This document shows, in pieces, positions 38,236 to 48,203 of a stretch of 64,000 bases of DNA. Location: NCBI GenBank assembly GCA_003056205.1, contig LSNS01000004.1:55870-119869 (forward strand). The letters run 5' to 3'. Made by a program: the position numbers and the translations under genes. Under the pieces are notes generated by a model. The model was not told where the DNA came from. It saw only the letters and a list, made by a program, of their open reading frames with translations, and searched no databases. This DNA is from Parcubacteria group bacterium M6-OD1-4. GTDB taxonomy: Bacteria > Patescibacteriota > Patescibacteriia > Patescibacteriales > UBA12465. Each line of letters begins with the position of its first letter. Within the stretch, counting starts at the first letter, position 1.

Positions 38236-39525
38236 TTAAAATTTCTCTTTCTGCTCTTGGCCGGTCTTCATATTCTTAATCTTGTATATTCCCTGCTGAG
38301 CTTCTTCCTCGCCAAAAATAACAACTTTAATCGCCTTCTTTTTATTAGCAAATTCTAAAGCCTTGCTAATTTTTTGTTTCTCTAATCCCAGCAAAATATT
38401 CTTTCCTTGAGAACGAAGTTTTTTCGCTAAACGATCGGTTTCTAATATTAAGGAATCACTTAACAATGGTAAATAATATTTTTCTTCTTGATTATCTTCT
38501 ACTTGACCTAACAGTTTCCAGGCCTCTAAAAACAACTTCATGGTTTCATCGCCGGGAGCAAAGCCAACCGCTGGAAAATTATCGACACCAAAAATATTAG
38601 CTAAACCATTATAACGTCCGCCACCAAATAGAGCCCGCTTGTTGTCAGGATGTCGATCAAAAACTTCAAAAACCAAACCATCATAATAATCAAAACCTCG
38701 AATAACCGTAGGATTAAATTCTAAATAATCTCCGTAGCCCAAATCTTTTAAACTTTGCAAGGCCTGACTAATTTCTAGAAAACCAGAATTATCTTTCAGC
38801 GCTGGCAATTCTTTGACTAATTTTTCTAAGCTATCACTGGTCATGAATTTTTTAATAATAATCACAGCTTGTCCATTAAGACCAGCGTCTTGAAGACGAC
38901 CAGTAATCTCCGCTGGTTTTAATTTTTGCCATTTATCTAAAGTACGGACAATTAGAAGTTTTTTATCAATCGCTAATTGGCTCGCTCCGCTTAAATCCAG
39001 AACAGCATCAATTAACTTTCGACTACTAATCATCAGTACAAAAGAATCTGCTGGCGAATTAAATTCCAACATGAGATCTAAGGCTAACTGGAGAATTTCA
39101 AGATCGGCTCGTAGAGAAGCACTGCCAAAAATATCACAATTTAATTGCCAAAATTCTCGATTACGTCCTCGTTGCGGTTTTTCATTCCGCATAAAATTAG
39201 CAATTGAAAAATATTTCAAAGGTTTAGGGTGCGAGTTATATATTTTAGTGACCAAACGAGTTACCGAAGGCGTCATTTCAGGACGAATTGATAATTCTCT
39301 TCCCCCTAAATCTGTAAAAGTGACTAATTCTTTACCGCCAATATCTTCTCCAGACTTAGCGCGGTAAATTTCTGAGTTTTCCACTAGTGGAGTTAAATAT
39401 TCTTCAAAACCATAACGCAAACAAACCCGACGCCAAGTATTAAAAATATATTGACGAATTAAAAACTCCTCTGGCAACCAGTCGGAAGTTCCTTTCGGTT
39501 CTTGATTAGACAAGATTTTTGACAT
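38236..39525 (-). CDS. hisS: Histidine--tRNA ligase
   Basis: 429 aa. N-terminal PKGTSDWLPEE (HisRS motif) and class II core. Confidence 0.8.
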   Translation of the reverse strand: MSKILSNQEPKGTSDWLPEEFLIRQYIFNTWRRVCLRYGFEEYLTPLVENSEIYRAKSGEDIGGKELVTFTDLGGRELSIRPEMTPSVTRLVTKIYNSHPKPLKYFSIANFMRNEKPQRGRNREFWQLNCDIFGSASLRADLEILQLALDLMLEFNSPADSFVLMISSRKLIDAVLDLSGASQLAIDKKLLIVRTLDKWQKLKPAEITGRLQDAGLNGQAVIIIKKFMTSDSLEKLVKELPALKDNSGFLEISQALQSLKDLGYGDYLEFNPTVIRGFDYYDGLVFEVFDRHPDNKRALFGGGRYNGLANIFGVDNFPAVGFAPGDETMKLFLEAWKLLGQVEDNQEEKYYLPLLSDSLILETDRLAKKLRSQGKNILLGLEKQKISKALEFANKKKAIKVVIFGEEEAQQGIYKIKNMKTGQEQKEKF

Positions 39526-39865
39526 AATATTTCTAAACTTAATAAATTTTGATAAATTTTCAATATTCTTTTGGAATAACCAATGATGACGTTATAATTT
39601 TACTATTTTCAAGGACTTTTAGCAAATTAGAGATAATAAAATTAAAAAGAACTACTAATAACATATTTATAGGATATTATCCGATAAAAAATAGCTAGAA
39701 GCAATTTAAAGAAAAATAACAATGCTTATAACAAGAAGAGAATAAAAAAAATAAATACTAAGAAATTAATCAAAAAAGCATCTCTAGAAATTTTAGAAAT
39801 GCTTAATTGTTCCATTCTTAACTCCCGCCCATGATGATCTCAGTAATAACTATCATCACTTAACA

Positions 39866-40456
39866 TTATCGAGAATGAGTTTTTAGTTTAATTTGACAAC
39901 TCCCAGGATCCTGTATTTTTTTCGCAACTAAAAAAATAGAAATTAAGAGAAGAATAATACTCAGCAAACCAAACTCTTGTCCTTGAAGAGGCAGGACGCC
40001 AATAAAACCAGCGGTCGCTCCAATCCCAAATAAAGATGAGAGTATTACCGAACCACAGGAAGCACAGCCCACACTAACCAAGCCACTAATAACTCCCAAA
40101 ACACTTAAACCCGCCGAGCGTTGGAGTTTAATTCTTTTTTTCAGATAATAGACTAAGAAAGCAATATTAATACCAAAAAGTAGGGCGACAATAATAGTTA
40201 GAGTTCTAGAGAGAGTAGTAAAATTAGTTTCCAAAGCCCCTAAAGAGCTCAGCAATAATAAAAACTTTTGCTGACTAGTATAGAGTTTAGAAATAATAGT
40301 TTGCGTTACAAATGACCAATTCGGTAACCAAATAGCAAATAATAAAACTGTCCCCGAAACAACTACAGCAGTCACTTGGTACCAAAAACGACTAAAAACC
40401 TCTTGAAATGATTTTAGCAGAAGTGTGAGAGAATTAAATTTTCTTTCTTTAGTCAT
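39866..40456 (-). CDS. Polytopic membrane protein with intramembrane CxxC (GCASCG) plus a C-terminal Cys. Putative redox partner of the adjacent DsbA-like protein.
   Basis: 196 aa, 4-5 TM. Conserved with the paralog at 46869..47420 (LFG..A..VYYL, GCAxCG, LPLxGQEFG, DPxxC). Forms a 2-gene module with a thioredoxin-fold protein. Confidence 0.45.
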   Translation of the reverse strand: MTKERKFNSLTLLLKSFQEVFSRFWYQVTAVVVSGTVLLFAIWLPNWSFVTQTIISKLYTSQQKFLLLLSSLGALETNFTTLSRTLTIIVALLFGINIAFLVYYLKKRIKLQRSAGLSVLGVISGLVSVGCASCGSVILSSLFGIGATAGFIGVLPLQGQEFGLLSIILLLISIFLVAKKIQDPGSCQIKLKTHSR

Positions 40457-40462
40457 GAAATT

Positions 40463-41215
40463 TTATTTTTTAGATTTTACTGACCTTAACTCAGCATCAA
40501 TCATCTGAGTAAAGACGCTAGTTGGTTGAGCCCCATAGATACTTTGAGTGCCAATAACAAATCCCGGAGTACCATTGATATTGAATTTTGCGCCCTCAGT
40601 CTTGTCAGCATTTTCTTCTTGAATGTATTGAGCGCGATTCTTGGTCATTAATTGGGAAACTTTATTAGCATCAATTCCTGGGATAGATCCGGCTAATTTA
40701 AGGATATCAGCACGATTACCCCAACCCCTGTTTTCACCGTCCTGAGCACCATACATGGCCTGGTGCCATTGAAAATATTTAGTAGGATAAAGCTGCCAAA
40801 TCGCTTTCTCGGCAATACCAGCAGTTACGGAATCTGGACCTAAAAATTGAAAATCCTTAAAAATAATCTTCAATTTCCCTTCTTTAACATAACGATCTAC
40901 TAAAACTGGCAAGGTATTGGTTTCAAATCGCTTACAAAATGGACATTGAAAATCAAACCAATAGGCCAAGACAACGGGAGTATTAACTTTACCAATAAAG
41001 GGTTCACCTTTAATCTGGACATTTTTAATATTAATTGCTGAAACCGTCGGTCGCCGAGTTGGCACAGTTTGAGCGGGAATGTTATCGCCTGGACTAGTGA
41101 CCGAAGATGGCTTTGAATTATTCCGATTAGAATAAATCATTGCCCCCGCAATCAGAACTCCCACAGCGAGAATAGAAAGCGGGATAAGATAAGGATTGTG
41201 TTCTTGATGAGACAT
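40463..41215 (-). CDS. DsbA-like thiol:disulfide oxidoreductase (membrane-anchored thioredoxin fold)
   Basis: 250 aa. N-terminal TM and FDFQCPFCKRF CxxC active site. Confidence 0.7.
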   Translation of the reverse strand: MSHQEHNPYLIPLSILAVGVLIAGAMIYSNRNNSKPSSVTSPGDNIPAQTVPTRRPTVSAINIKNVQIKGEPFIGKVNTPVVLAYWFDFQCPFCKRFETNTLPVLVDRYVKEGKLKIIFKDFQFLGPDSVTAGIAEKAIWQLYPTKYFQWHQAMYGAQDGENRGWGNRADILKLAGSIPGIDANKVSQLMTKNRAQYIQEENADKTEGAKFNINGTPGFVIGTQSIYGAQPTSVFTQMIDAELRSVKSKK

Positions 41216-41304
41216 ATAATTATTTAATTAGTAAGAAAAATCTATTTTGATTACAAAAAAACACTTTTTTAACAACAAAAAAGTATTTAAAAAACTCTTT
41301 AAAT

Positions 41305-41751
41305 TTATTCGATTTTGACGATGCTTAAAATTTGAGAAGTTCGGGCTGCTAATAAATTGTCCGAAGAAAATAAGGGCCCTTGGCGTTGCTTATTTAAACT
41401 AAAATTGTTTGGCAAAATACCAAAAGCTAAATACAAAATAGATTTCTGTTGCCCCCGATTACCAGCTTCCCCGATATTAACCATTGATGACTCATTTTGG
41501 TTGATTATTGTTTTTCTTTTGGATTGACAATGTTGCTGAGAATACTGAACATCTTGATGTAATATTTGACTTTTCGAAACAAGTTTTTGTCCTGAAGGAG
41601 TTGCAGCCTGAACTACGGTAGGATGGCAAGAAAAAATACTTAAAGTCAAAAAAGCGAAGAGACTAAAGAGAAAAAGAGATTTTTTAGTTTTTGAAAATAG
41701 ATATTTGACTTTCATATTGCTCATTATAATATAATTTTCTTCCCAAGACAA
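41305..41751 (-). CDS. Hypothetical secreted protein
   Basis: 148-aa ORF with a signal-peptide-like N-terminus. Confidence 0.3.
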   Translation of the reverse strand: MSWEENYIIMSNMKVKYLFSKTKKSLFLFSLFAFLTLSIFSCHPTVVQAATPSGQKLVSKSQILHQDVQYSQQHCQSKRKTIINQNESSMVNIGEAGNRGQQKSILYLAFGILPNNFSLNKQRQGPLFSSDNLLAARTSQILSIVKIE

Positions 41752-42280
41752 GATGAAAATAAAAAAAAGTTTTTAGAGGAATAAGAATAATTCTCTCCTT
41801 TCCATAGACGATAGTAATCAATATCTACCATGTTGTAGATCTGGTCTTTTCAGATAATTTCTGGGTAAGTTTAATATGATTTTTTTTAATTAAATAAAGA
41901 CCATCAGAGGCAACTGTTAATTTACTAGCATCAATAAATAAATATTGTTTGTCCTTTGAATCTCCACTGAGATAAATATTAATCTCAGGTGATAAAGCAA
42001 TACAAACATAGTCTTGAGAACCAGTATACTTTTTTACTGTTTGAATATTAGAAGTAAAGTAAACAATATCTCCTTTTACAACATCAATTTCTTCAACTCC
42101 AGTGGGTATTCTAAAATAATTAAATATTTCTTTTGGACCATAATATAATATTTTTTTATCAGCTAGCGTTTCTGGTGTCGGAGCTCCACAATATTTTATA
42201 TGTTAAAAAATAAAAAGAAAAACTTTGCTGAAATGAGAAGTATAGAAAACGTAAATTTTCTTTAAGTTAAAATTAACTTG

Positions 42281-42712
42281 TTAAAATTTATAAAATAACT
42301 TTAGACAAGCATCCAAATCTTGAATAATGGGCAGATTTAAAGCATCTTTTGGAGACAGCCATTTAAAATCTTTATGTTCTTTGCGTCGCATAACCACTTT
42401 ATTTTTTTGAGCCAATTCTGTGTGGTAAATATGATAAACAAAATCATAATCCGGATATTTTACAAATACTTTTCCAAAATAGGAAAGCTGAGAAGAAGTT
42501 AATTTAAATCCAGTTTCTTCCCAAATTTCTCTTATCATGGTTTCCAGAATTTCTTCTCCAGCATCAACTTTACCAGCGGGTACTCCCCAGGTATTGCCTT
42601 GAGGTTTATAGTCCTGTCTATGAAGTAATAGAATTTTCCCATCATATTCCATAAAACAACTCACTACATTAAATTTTGGATTAAAATCTTGTGGTCTTTC
42701 TTTGTAAATCAT
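42281..42712 (-). CDS. NUDIX hydrolase
   Basis: 143 aa. Intact Nudix box GKVDAGEEILETMIREIWEETGF. Confidence 0.8.
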   Translation of the reverse strand: MIYKERPQDFNPKFNVVSCFMEYDGKILLLHRQDYKPQGNTWGVPAGKVDAGEEILETMIREIWEETGFKLTSSQLSYFGKVFVKYPDYDFVYHIYHTELAQKNKVVMRRKEHKDFKWLSPKDALNLPIIQDLDACLKLFYKF

Positions 42713-42928
42713 ATTTTATAAAAATAATTGGAATAGAAAAAATTATTTTAAGATTGAATTTTAATTCTAGATAACGTTAGGGACACGCGAAATTTTTTAT
42801 AGCATAATGAAAAAAAAGTTGAAAATGCGAATCGAGCAATTTTTTTCTATTCCCTGTTATATAAAGAGAAGAGTAACACAGTAAAATGAAGACCCAACAT
42901 CTACGAAGATTTAATTTATATCTCTTCG

Positions 42929-43411
42929 CTACAAATTACGATTTATAATCTGTTTTACAAAAGTATTAGTTTCAATTTTAGCAGAACTACCCGATAAAGT
43001 ATACAAGATTTCACAATTAAAGCCTAAATCAAAGCCTTCAAATGCTGAAGCAAGAATACAAGCATCCAAATCTAATCCACAGAAAAATAATTTTGAAATT
43101 TTGTTTTGGCTTAAAAAGGCAACGAATTCTTTTGATTTAAATATTGAATAAGTATGTTTTTCAAAAATATGATTTTTTAAAGCGATGTTAGAAAGTTCAG
43201 AAACAATATCAACTTCAGGAGCAATCTGGCATTTACGCCAATTCAGTTTTTTAATAAAATTTGAGTTTTCTGTGTTTATGAATTTTGAGAATATAATAAA
43301 ATTATATTTTTGTAACTCAATATGTTCTTTAATTTTTTGAGGAAGAGATTTGGTTTTATCTGTAATAAAACAATTTTGTAAATCTAATATAATAAGGGCC
43401 GTTCTATCCAT
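42929..43411 (-). CDS. Isochorismatase/cysteine hydrolase family protein
   Basis: 160 aa. N-terminal ALIILDLQNCF and a catalytic Cys region GLDLDACI. Confidence 0.55.
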   Translation of the reverse strand: MDRTALIILDLQNCFITDKTKSLPQKIKEHIELQKYNFIIFSKFINTENSNFIKKLNWRKCQIAPEVDIVSELSNIALKNHIFEKHTYSIFKSKEFVAFLSQNKISKLFFCGLDLDACILASAFEGFDLGFNCEILYTLSGSSAKIETNTFVKQIINRNL

Positions 43412-43591
43412 AATATTAATTAATTTAGATTGATATATAAACCATTTATTTTAAGACGGGTAAAAGCAATATCATATCAGGAAAATCTTATCTAGGTTGT
43501 TTTGACTAAACCACAAAACTTCATACTGGAACCAACAACGATTTTTTTATTCATAATTAAATTTATCATTGTTACGTGGTGTAGTAAAAAT

Positions 43592-44257
43592 TTAAAAATC
43601 TGATATCTCCTGCCAATATTTATAAAATAGCTTATTTAGTTTGCTTATTCTAAGCCCAATACTTTGTTTGTCTATCTCGGGGAAATTACCAAAATAATAA
43701 TTCCATATCTCCTTTTTCGTTGGCTTATTTAACAAAAACTTAACGTGATCCCAATGAAAATTTTGTAAAAATATTAAAATCTTTGGCGTTTCTTTTTTTT
43801 GGTAATTGTCTAATATCCATTGAATGTTTTTAGCCATAATTTTCTCGCGCAAATATATCTTAACCCACCAAAGCCAATTTTTCTCAGCGCAGGGGTACAT
43901 ATGGCTCCACACTTCCAACCATTCTCTGGTTAACTCATTTGGAGCATCCACAGTATAGACGAAAATCTGATGATTTTTTTCCCAAAGATTGACAATATTT
44001 TTCCACATTATTGTGTCTGCTTTAACCCAGGGATGAATCTTAAGAACTTCTTTAGAGAATTCCTTAAGTCGTCCTCTAACTAGTTTTTTCGGTTTTTTCA
44101 AAGCAGAATAATTGTTAAATTGTGAATCAGGTGTTTTATTGTTGTTTGGATATTCAAGAATAATAATGTCTGGTTTATATTTAATAACAGCATTAGCCTG
44201 GCGTAAATCCAGCTCGTTAGATTCTTTGCAATCAAATTGGAAATAAATTGGTTTCAT
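43592..44257 (-). CDS. Hypothetical Trp-rich protein
   Basis: 221-aa ORF with no recognised motif. Shares a conserved upstream element with hisS. Confidence 0.35.
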   Translation of the reverse strand: MKPIYFQFDCKESNELDLRQANAVIKYKPDIIILEYPNNNKTPDSQFNNYSALKKPKKLVRGRLKEFSKEVLKIHPWVKADTIMWKNIVNLWEKNHQIFVYTVDAPNELTREWLEVWSHMYPCAEKNWLWWVKIYLREKIMAKNIQWILDNYQKKETPKILIFLQNFHWDHVKFLLNKPTKKEIWNYYFGNFPEIDKQSIGLRISKLNKLFYKYWQEISDF

Positions 44258-44864
44258 AAAGAAATCTTTAAATTTTTACCATTGCCCGTATTTCTTCAGG
44301 ATATGCAATGTTTCGTTGGCTTTTTTAAAATAGTCAATCTTTGTTCTATAATTTTACTATTTTCAAAGACCTTTAGCAAATTTATAATCAATTCGGAATA
44401 TTAAACAACAAATCATTATTTATCTAATAATTCAGTAGAGCCTCTCAATAAAGGGGCAATAATAAAAAAGAGGATTCGTTACAAATCCCCTGAAGCTTTA
44501 TTTCGATAATATAGATATAATTTGAAACGCAATCGTTCCAATAATGATGCTGAGAAAAAAAATCCCCAACAAGCATAAATATCTATTAAACATTTTATTA
44601 ACGAACTTTGACATCATTACACCCTCCTTTTTTATTGTTAATATACAACTAAATTCGCTTATATAATACTTATTTAATTAATCTCTGTCAAATTTAATAA
44701 AATAAATTTGAATTCTTCTTCAGCTTAAATTCCACTAGTAACAAAAAGTACCGCATTGTACTTCGCCCTGGTAAAAACGCTTCATTTTTTCTTTAAGAAA
44801 ACTTTAAATTTTATTAAGGAGTAATAATTTATAATAAGTTTATTAATAAATTAAATATCAATTT

Positions 44865-45566
44865 ATGAAAATTCTTATCATTGACGATGATCAAAACATT
44901 GTCCAATTTCTAAAAAATGGCTTAGAGTCCAATATGTATAGTGTGGAAAGTGCAGCCGATGGAGAACGTGGAGCTTTTCTCGGCCGAACTGGTAATTTTG
45001 ATTTAATTATCTTGGACTATAATCTACCAAAAATGAATGGAGCGGAGGTTCTTACTGAAATTCGTCAGGAACAAAAACATATTCCCGTTATTATGCTCAC
45101 TATTAAATCAGAATTAGAACATAAAATAGAGATCTTCTCCAATGGTGTTGACGATTATTTAACCAAGCCATTTTTATTCAAAGAATTACTTCTAAGAATT
45201 AAAGCGATCCTAAAACGTCCAGCCAAAGTACAAAATAGTTTCTTTAAAATTAATAATTTCACGCTGGATACTAATAGTAAAATCATTCGTCGGGGCGGAC
45301 ACGAAATCTACCTCACGCGAAAAGAATTTACTCTCTTGGAATACTTAGTACTTCATCGTGGTCAAATAATTTCTCGTAATCAAATTTTAGAACATGTCTG
45401 GGATTATAATGCTGACCCTTTTTCAAATTCCATTGAAACTCATATTGCTAGTTTAAGGCGTAAATTGAATATTAATAAAAACCGTAACCTCATTCATACT
45501 TTTACCGGCCGTGGATATAAATTCGCCTTAACTAAATTAGGAGCTTATTATCAAAATAATAATTAA
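44865..45566 (+). CDS. OmpR/PhoB-family response regulator (receiver plus winged-helix), no adjacent histidine kinase
   Basis: 233 aa. Receiver Asp in IILDYNLP, and a C-terminal trans_reg_C-like LTRKEFTLLEYLVLHRGQIISRNQI. Confidence 0.85.
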   Translation: MKILIIDDDQNIVQFLKNGLESNMYSVESAADGERGAFLGRTGNFDLIILDYNLPKMNGAEVLTEIRQEQKHIPVIMLTIKSELEHKIEIFSNGVDDYLTKPFLFKELLLRIKAILKRPAKVQNSFFKINNFTLDTNSKIIRRGGHEIYLTRKEFTLLEYLVLHRGQIISRNQILEHVWDYNADPFSNSIETHIASLRRKLNINKNRNLIHTFTGRGYKFALTKLGAYYQNNN

Positions 45567-45643
45567 TTCTATATTTAAAAAAATCCTAATCATAAAACAA
45601 TTAGGAAATTAATATCCAATCTTAAAACCTTTACCTTATTCAA

Positions 45644-46864
45644 CTATAAAAAATGCTTTCCTTTAATTTTCTTGGGTAAATATTCCTGCTGAGAATCATC
45701 TTCTAGCGGAGAATATTTATAATCTCGACCATAATTTAATTCTTTCATTAAGGAAGTAGGAGCATTGCGTAAATGAAGAGGAACTGGCAAATTTCCTGAG
45801 CTCTCCACTTCTTGCTGGGCCTGTTGATAGGCGGAATAAGCGGTAATATCTTTCGCAGATTTGGCTAAATAAATAACACAGTGTGCTAAATTAACTCGAC
45901 ATTCTGGTGAACCAATATTATGACAAGCTTCATAAGTAGCCGTCGCTAACATTAAAGCACTATTATTAGCCAGACCAATATCTTCCGAAGCAAAACGAAT
46001 TAAACGTCGAGCAATATATAAAGGGTCTTCACCCGCTTCTAGCATCCGCGCTAAATAATAAATAGCCGCATCAGTATTACTACCACGTAAAGATTTATGT
46101 AAAGCGGAGATTAAATTATAATGTTCATCACCGTTTTTATCATAAAGAAGATGGGGCTGATTAATAACTTTTTTAATCAAAGAAGAACTGAGATTCTTAT
46201 TATTTTTATCCTTAAGTTTTTTGGTCGGAGCTTGAAGATCTTCCACTAATAATTCAGCAGCACTTTCCAAAATATTCAAAGCTTGCCGAGCATCACCATT
46301 GGCGAATTTAACAATTAGTTTTTGAGCATCATGATCCAATTTAAATTCCAATTTTTTTACTGCCCTCATGATAATTGTCTCCAAATCCAGTTCAGTGAGA
46401 GATTCTAAAACGACAATTTTTACTCGCGATAATAAAGCACTATTAACTGAAAAACTAGGATTTTCTGTAGTAGCACCAATAAGAGTAATTGTCCCATTTT
46501 CAATTTGAGGCAACAGAGCGTCCTGTTGGGCTTTATTCCAACGATGGATTTCGTCAATGAATAGAATTGTTTTTCGACCCAGACGCTGATCCTCTTGGGC
46601 TCGTTCCAGAGTAATTTTCAAATCTTTCAGTCCATTAGAAGTTGCCGAAAACCTAACAAACTCGGCTTTAGTTTCCTGAGCAATAATTAAGGCTAAGGTG
46701 GTTTTTCCGCTTCCTGGCGGTCCCCAAAAAATAAGCGATGGAACTTGATCGTTTTTTATTGCTCGATATAACCAAGTCTGAGCACCAATAATTTTACCTT
46801 GACCAACAAATTCTGACAAAACTTTTGGACGAAAATGAGTGGCCAAAGGAATGTCTTGTAGCAT
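45644..46864 (-). CDS. rarA: Replication-associated recombination protein A (AAA+ ATPase RarA/MgsA)
   Basis: 406 aa. Walker A GPPGSGKTT, Walker B ILFIDEIHR, and a RarA C-terminal domain. Confidence 0.85.
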   Translation of the reverse strand: MLQDIPLATHFRPKVLSEFVGQGKIIGAQTWLYRAIKNDQVPSLIFWGPPGSGKTTLALIIAQETKAEFVRFSATSNGLKDLKITLERAQEDQRLGRKTILFIDEIHRWNKAQQDALLPQIENGTITLIGATTENPSFSVNSALLSRVKIVVLESLTELDLETIIMRAVKKLEFKLDHDAQKLIVKFANGDARQALNILESAAELLVEDLQAPTKKLKDKNNKNLSSSLIKKVINQPHLLYDKNGDEHYNLISALHKSLRGSNTDAAIYYLARMLEAGEDPLYIARRLIRFASEDIGLANNSALMLATATYEACHNIGSPECRVNLAHCVIYLAKSAKDITAYSAYQQAQQEVESSGNLPVPLHLRNAPTSLMKELNYGRDYKYSPLEDDSQQEYLPKKIKGKHFL

Positions 46865-46868
46865 AAAA

Positions 46869-47420
46869 TTATTTTCTTTTTAAACGACAAACGGTCGGGT
46901 CTTCAATTTGTTTCACTGTTAGGTAAATAGAGAGCACGAGAAGGATGACGCCAATTATTCCAAATTCTTGTCCCTTGAGAGGTAAAAAAGCAAGAATACT
47001 GGAAGCCCCGACAAGTGAAAGAAGGGTGGTAATTAATAAGGGACCGCAAGCCGCACAACCTAAACTAAATAAACTAGCAATAATTCCAATGAGACCAAGA
47101 GTAATCCCGTGATTTTTTATTTCTCGAAAACGGCGATCTAAATAATAAACAGTAATAGCAACGCTTAATCCAAACAGAATAGAAATCAGGATGACATAAA
47201 TTTCTGCTTCTAGAGTAAAATTGGTACTAATTGATCCTAAGAAACTCAAAGGAATAGAAATTTTCGAAATTAAAGGAATATGAGGCGATTTAATGACATT
47301 AAAAATTACAGATAAATTTTGCCACCAAACCGCTATTGAAAAAACAACAACAGTCACTATCAACCACAAAGCGGAATATTTGAATTTCCGAAAAATTCCG
47401 GTAAAAGTTTTTAATTTCAT
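46869..47420 (-). CDS. Paralogous polytopic membrane CxxC (GCAACG) protein, partner of the adjacent DsbA-like gene
   Basis: 183 aa. Same conserved blocks as 39866..40456. Confidence 0.45.
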   Translation of the reverse strand: MKLKTFTGIFRKFKYSALWLIVTVVVFSIAVWWQNLSVIFNVIKSPHIPLISKISIPLSFLGSISTNFTLEAEIYVILISILFGLSVAITVYYLDRRFREIKNHGITLGLIGIIASLFSLGCAACGPLLITTLLSLVGASSILAFLPLKGQEFGIIGVILLVLSIYLTVKQIEDPTVCRLKRK

Positions 47421-47422
47421 TC

Positions 47423-48169
47423 TTATTTTTTCAATTGTAAATCAATTAGTTGTTTAATAGCTGAATAAGGTTGAGCGCCAATTACTAATTGTCGACCAAT
47501 GATTAAAGACGGAGTGCCATTAATTCCAAAAGCGGACCCTTCGGCTTTATCAGCTGCTATCTCTTGACGATATTGACTACTTTTAGTTGCTAAAAGTTGC
47601 TCGACTTTATTAATATTAATTCCCGGGATAGTCTTAGTTAAAGCTAAAATGTCAGCTTGACTGCCCCAACCAGAATTTTCTCTATCTTGCTTGTTATACA
47701 TCGCCTGATGCCAAAGATAGAATTTGCTAGGAGCAGCTTCCCAAACAGCTTTAGATACTAAAGCCGCCGCTTGCGAATCTGGTCCTAAAAAAGCGAAGTC
47801 TTTAAACACTACCTTAACTTCTCCACTTTTCACATAGTTACTAACGATAGAAGACATGGTATTTTCCTCAAAACGTTTACAAAAAGGACACTGATAGTCA
47901 AACCAAAAAGCAACAGTAACTGGTGCCTGAGGATTTCCAATGAAAGGTTCACCAGTAATTTTAACTTTAGCAATATTAACTGCCAAGGACTTGGGCTGGG
48001 CCGGAGTAGAATTAGGTGCAGCTTTGGTAGCAACCAAACTAGGATAATTTTCAGTTGTTTGTTGAGGACGATGACGACGACTAGCAAAATAGACAGTGGC
48101 AATAATAATTACTGCTGTCAATAAAATAGCAATAACCTGGAAAGAAGTGCTATTATTTTTATTCTCCAT
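47423..48169 (-). CDS. DsbA-like thiol:disulfide oxidoreductase (second copy)
   Basis: 248 aa. N-terminal TM and FDYQCPFCKRF. About 50% identical to 40463..41215. Confidence 0.7.
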   Translation of the reverse strand: MENKNNSTSFQVIAILLTAVIIIATVYFASRRHRPQQTTENYPSLVATKAAPNSTPAQPKSLAVNIAKVKITGEPFIGNPQAPVTVAFWFDYQCPFCKRFEENTMSSIVSNYVKSGEVKVVFKDFAFLGPDSQAAALVSKAVWEAAPSKFYLWHQAMYNKQDRENSGWGSQADILALTKTIPGININKVEQLLATKSSQYRQEIAADKAEGSAFGINGTPSLIIGRQLVIGAQPYSAIKQLIDLQLKK

Positions 48170-48203
48170 ATAGTTTTGTTTTAAAAAAAATTAATTAATA
48201 ACT

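Noticed and set aside
39526-39865. T-box riboswitch upstream of hisS
   Set aside because: No T-box consensus (AATTAGAGTGGAACCGCG-like) or specifier/antiterminator structure. The region is AT-rich with only the shared 35-nt element.
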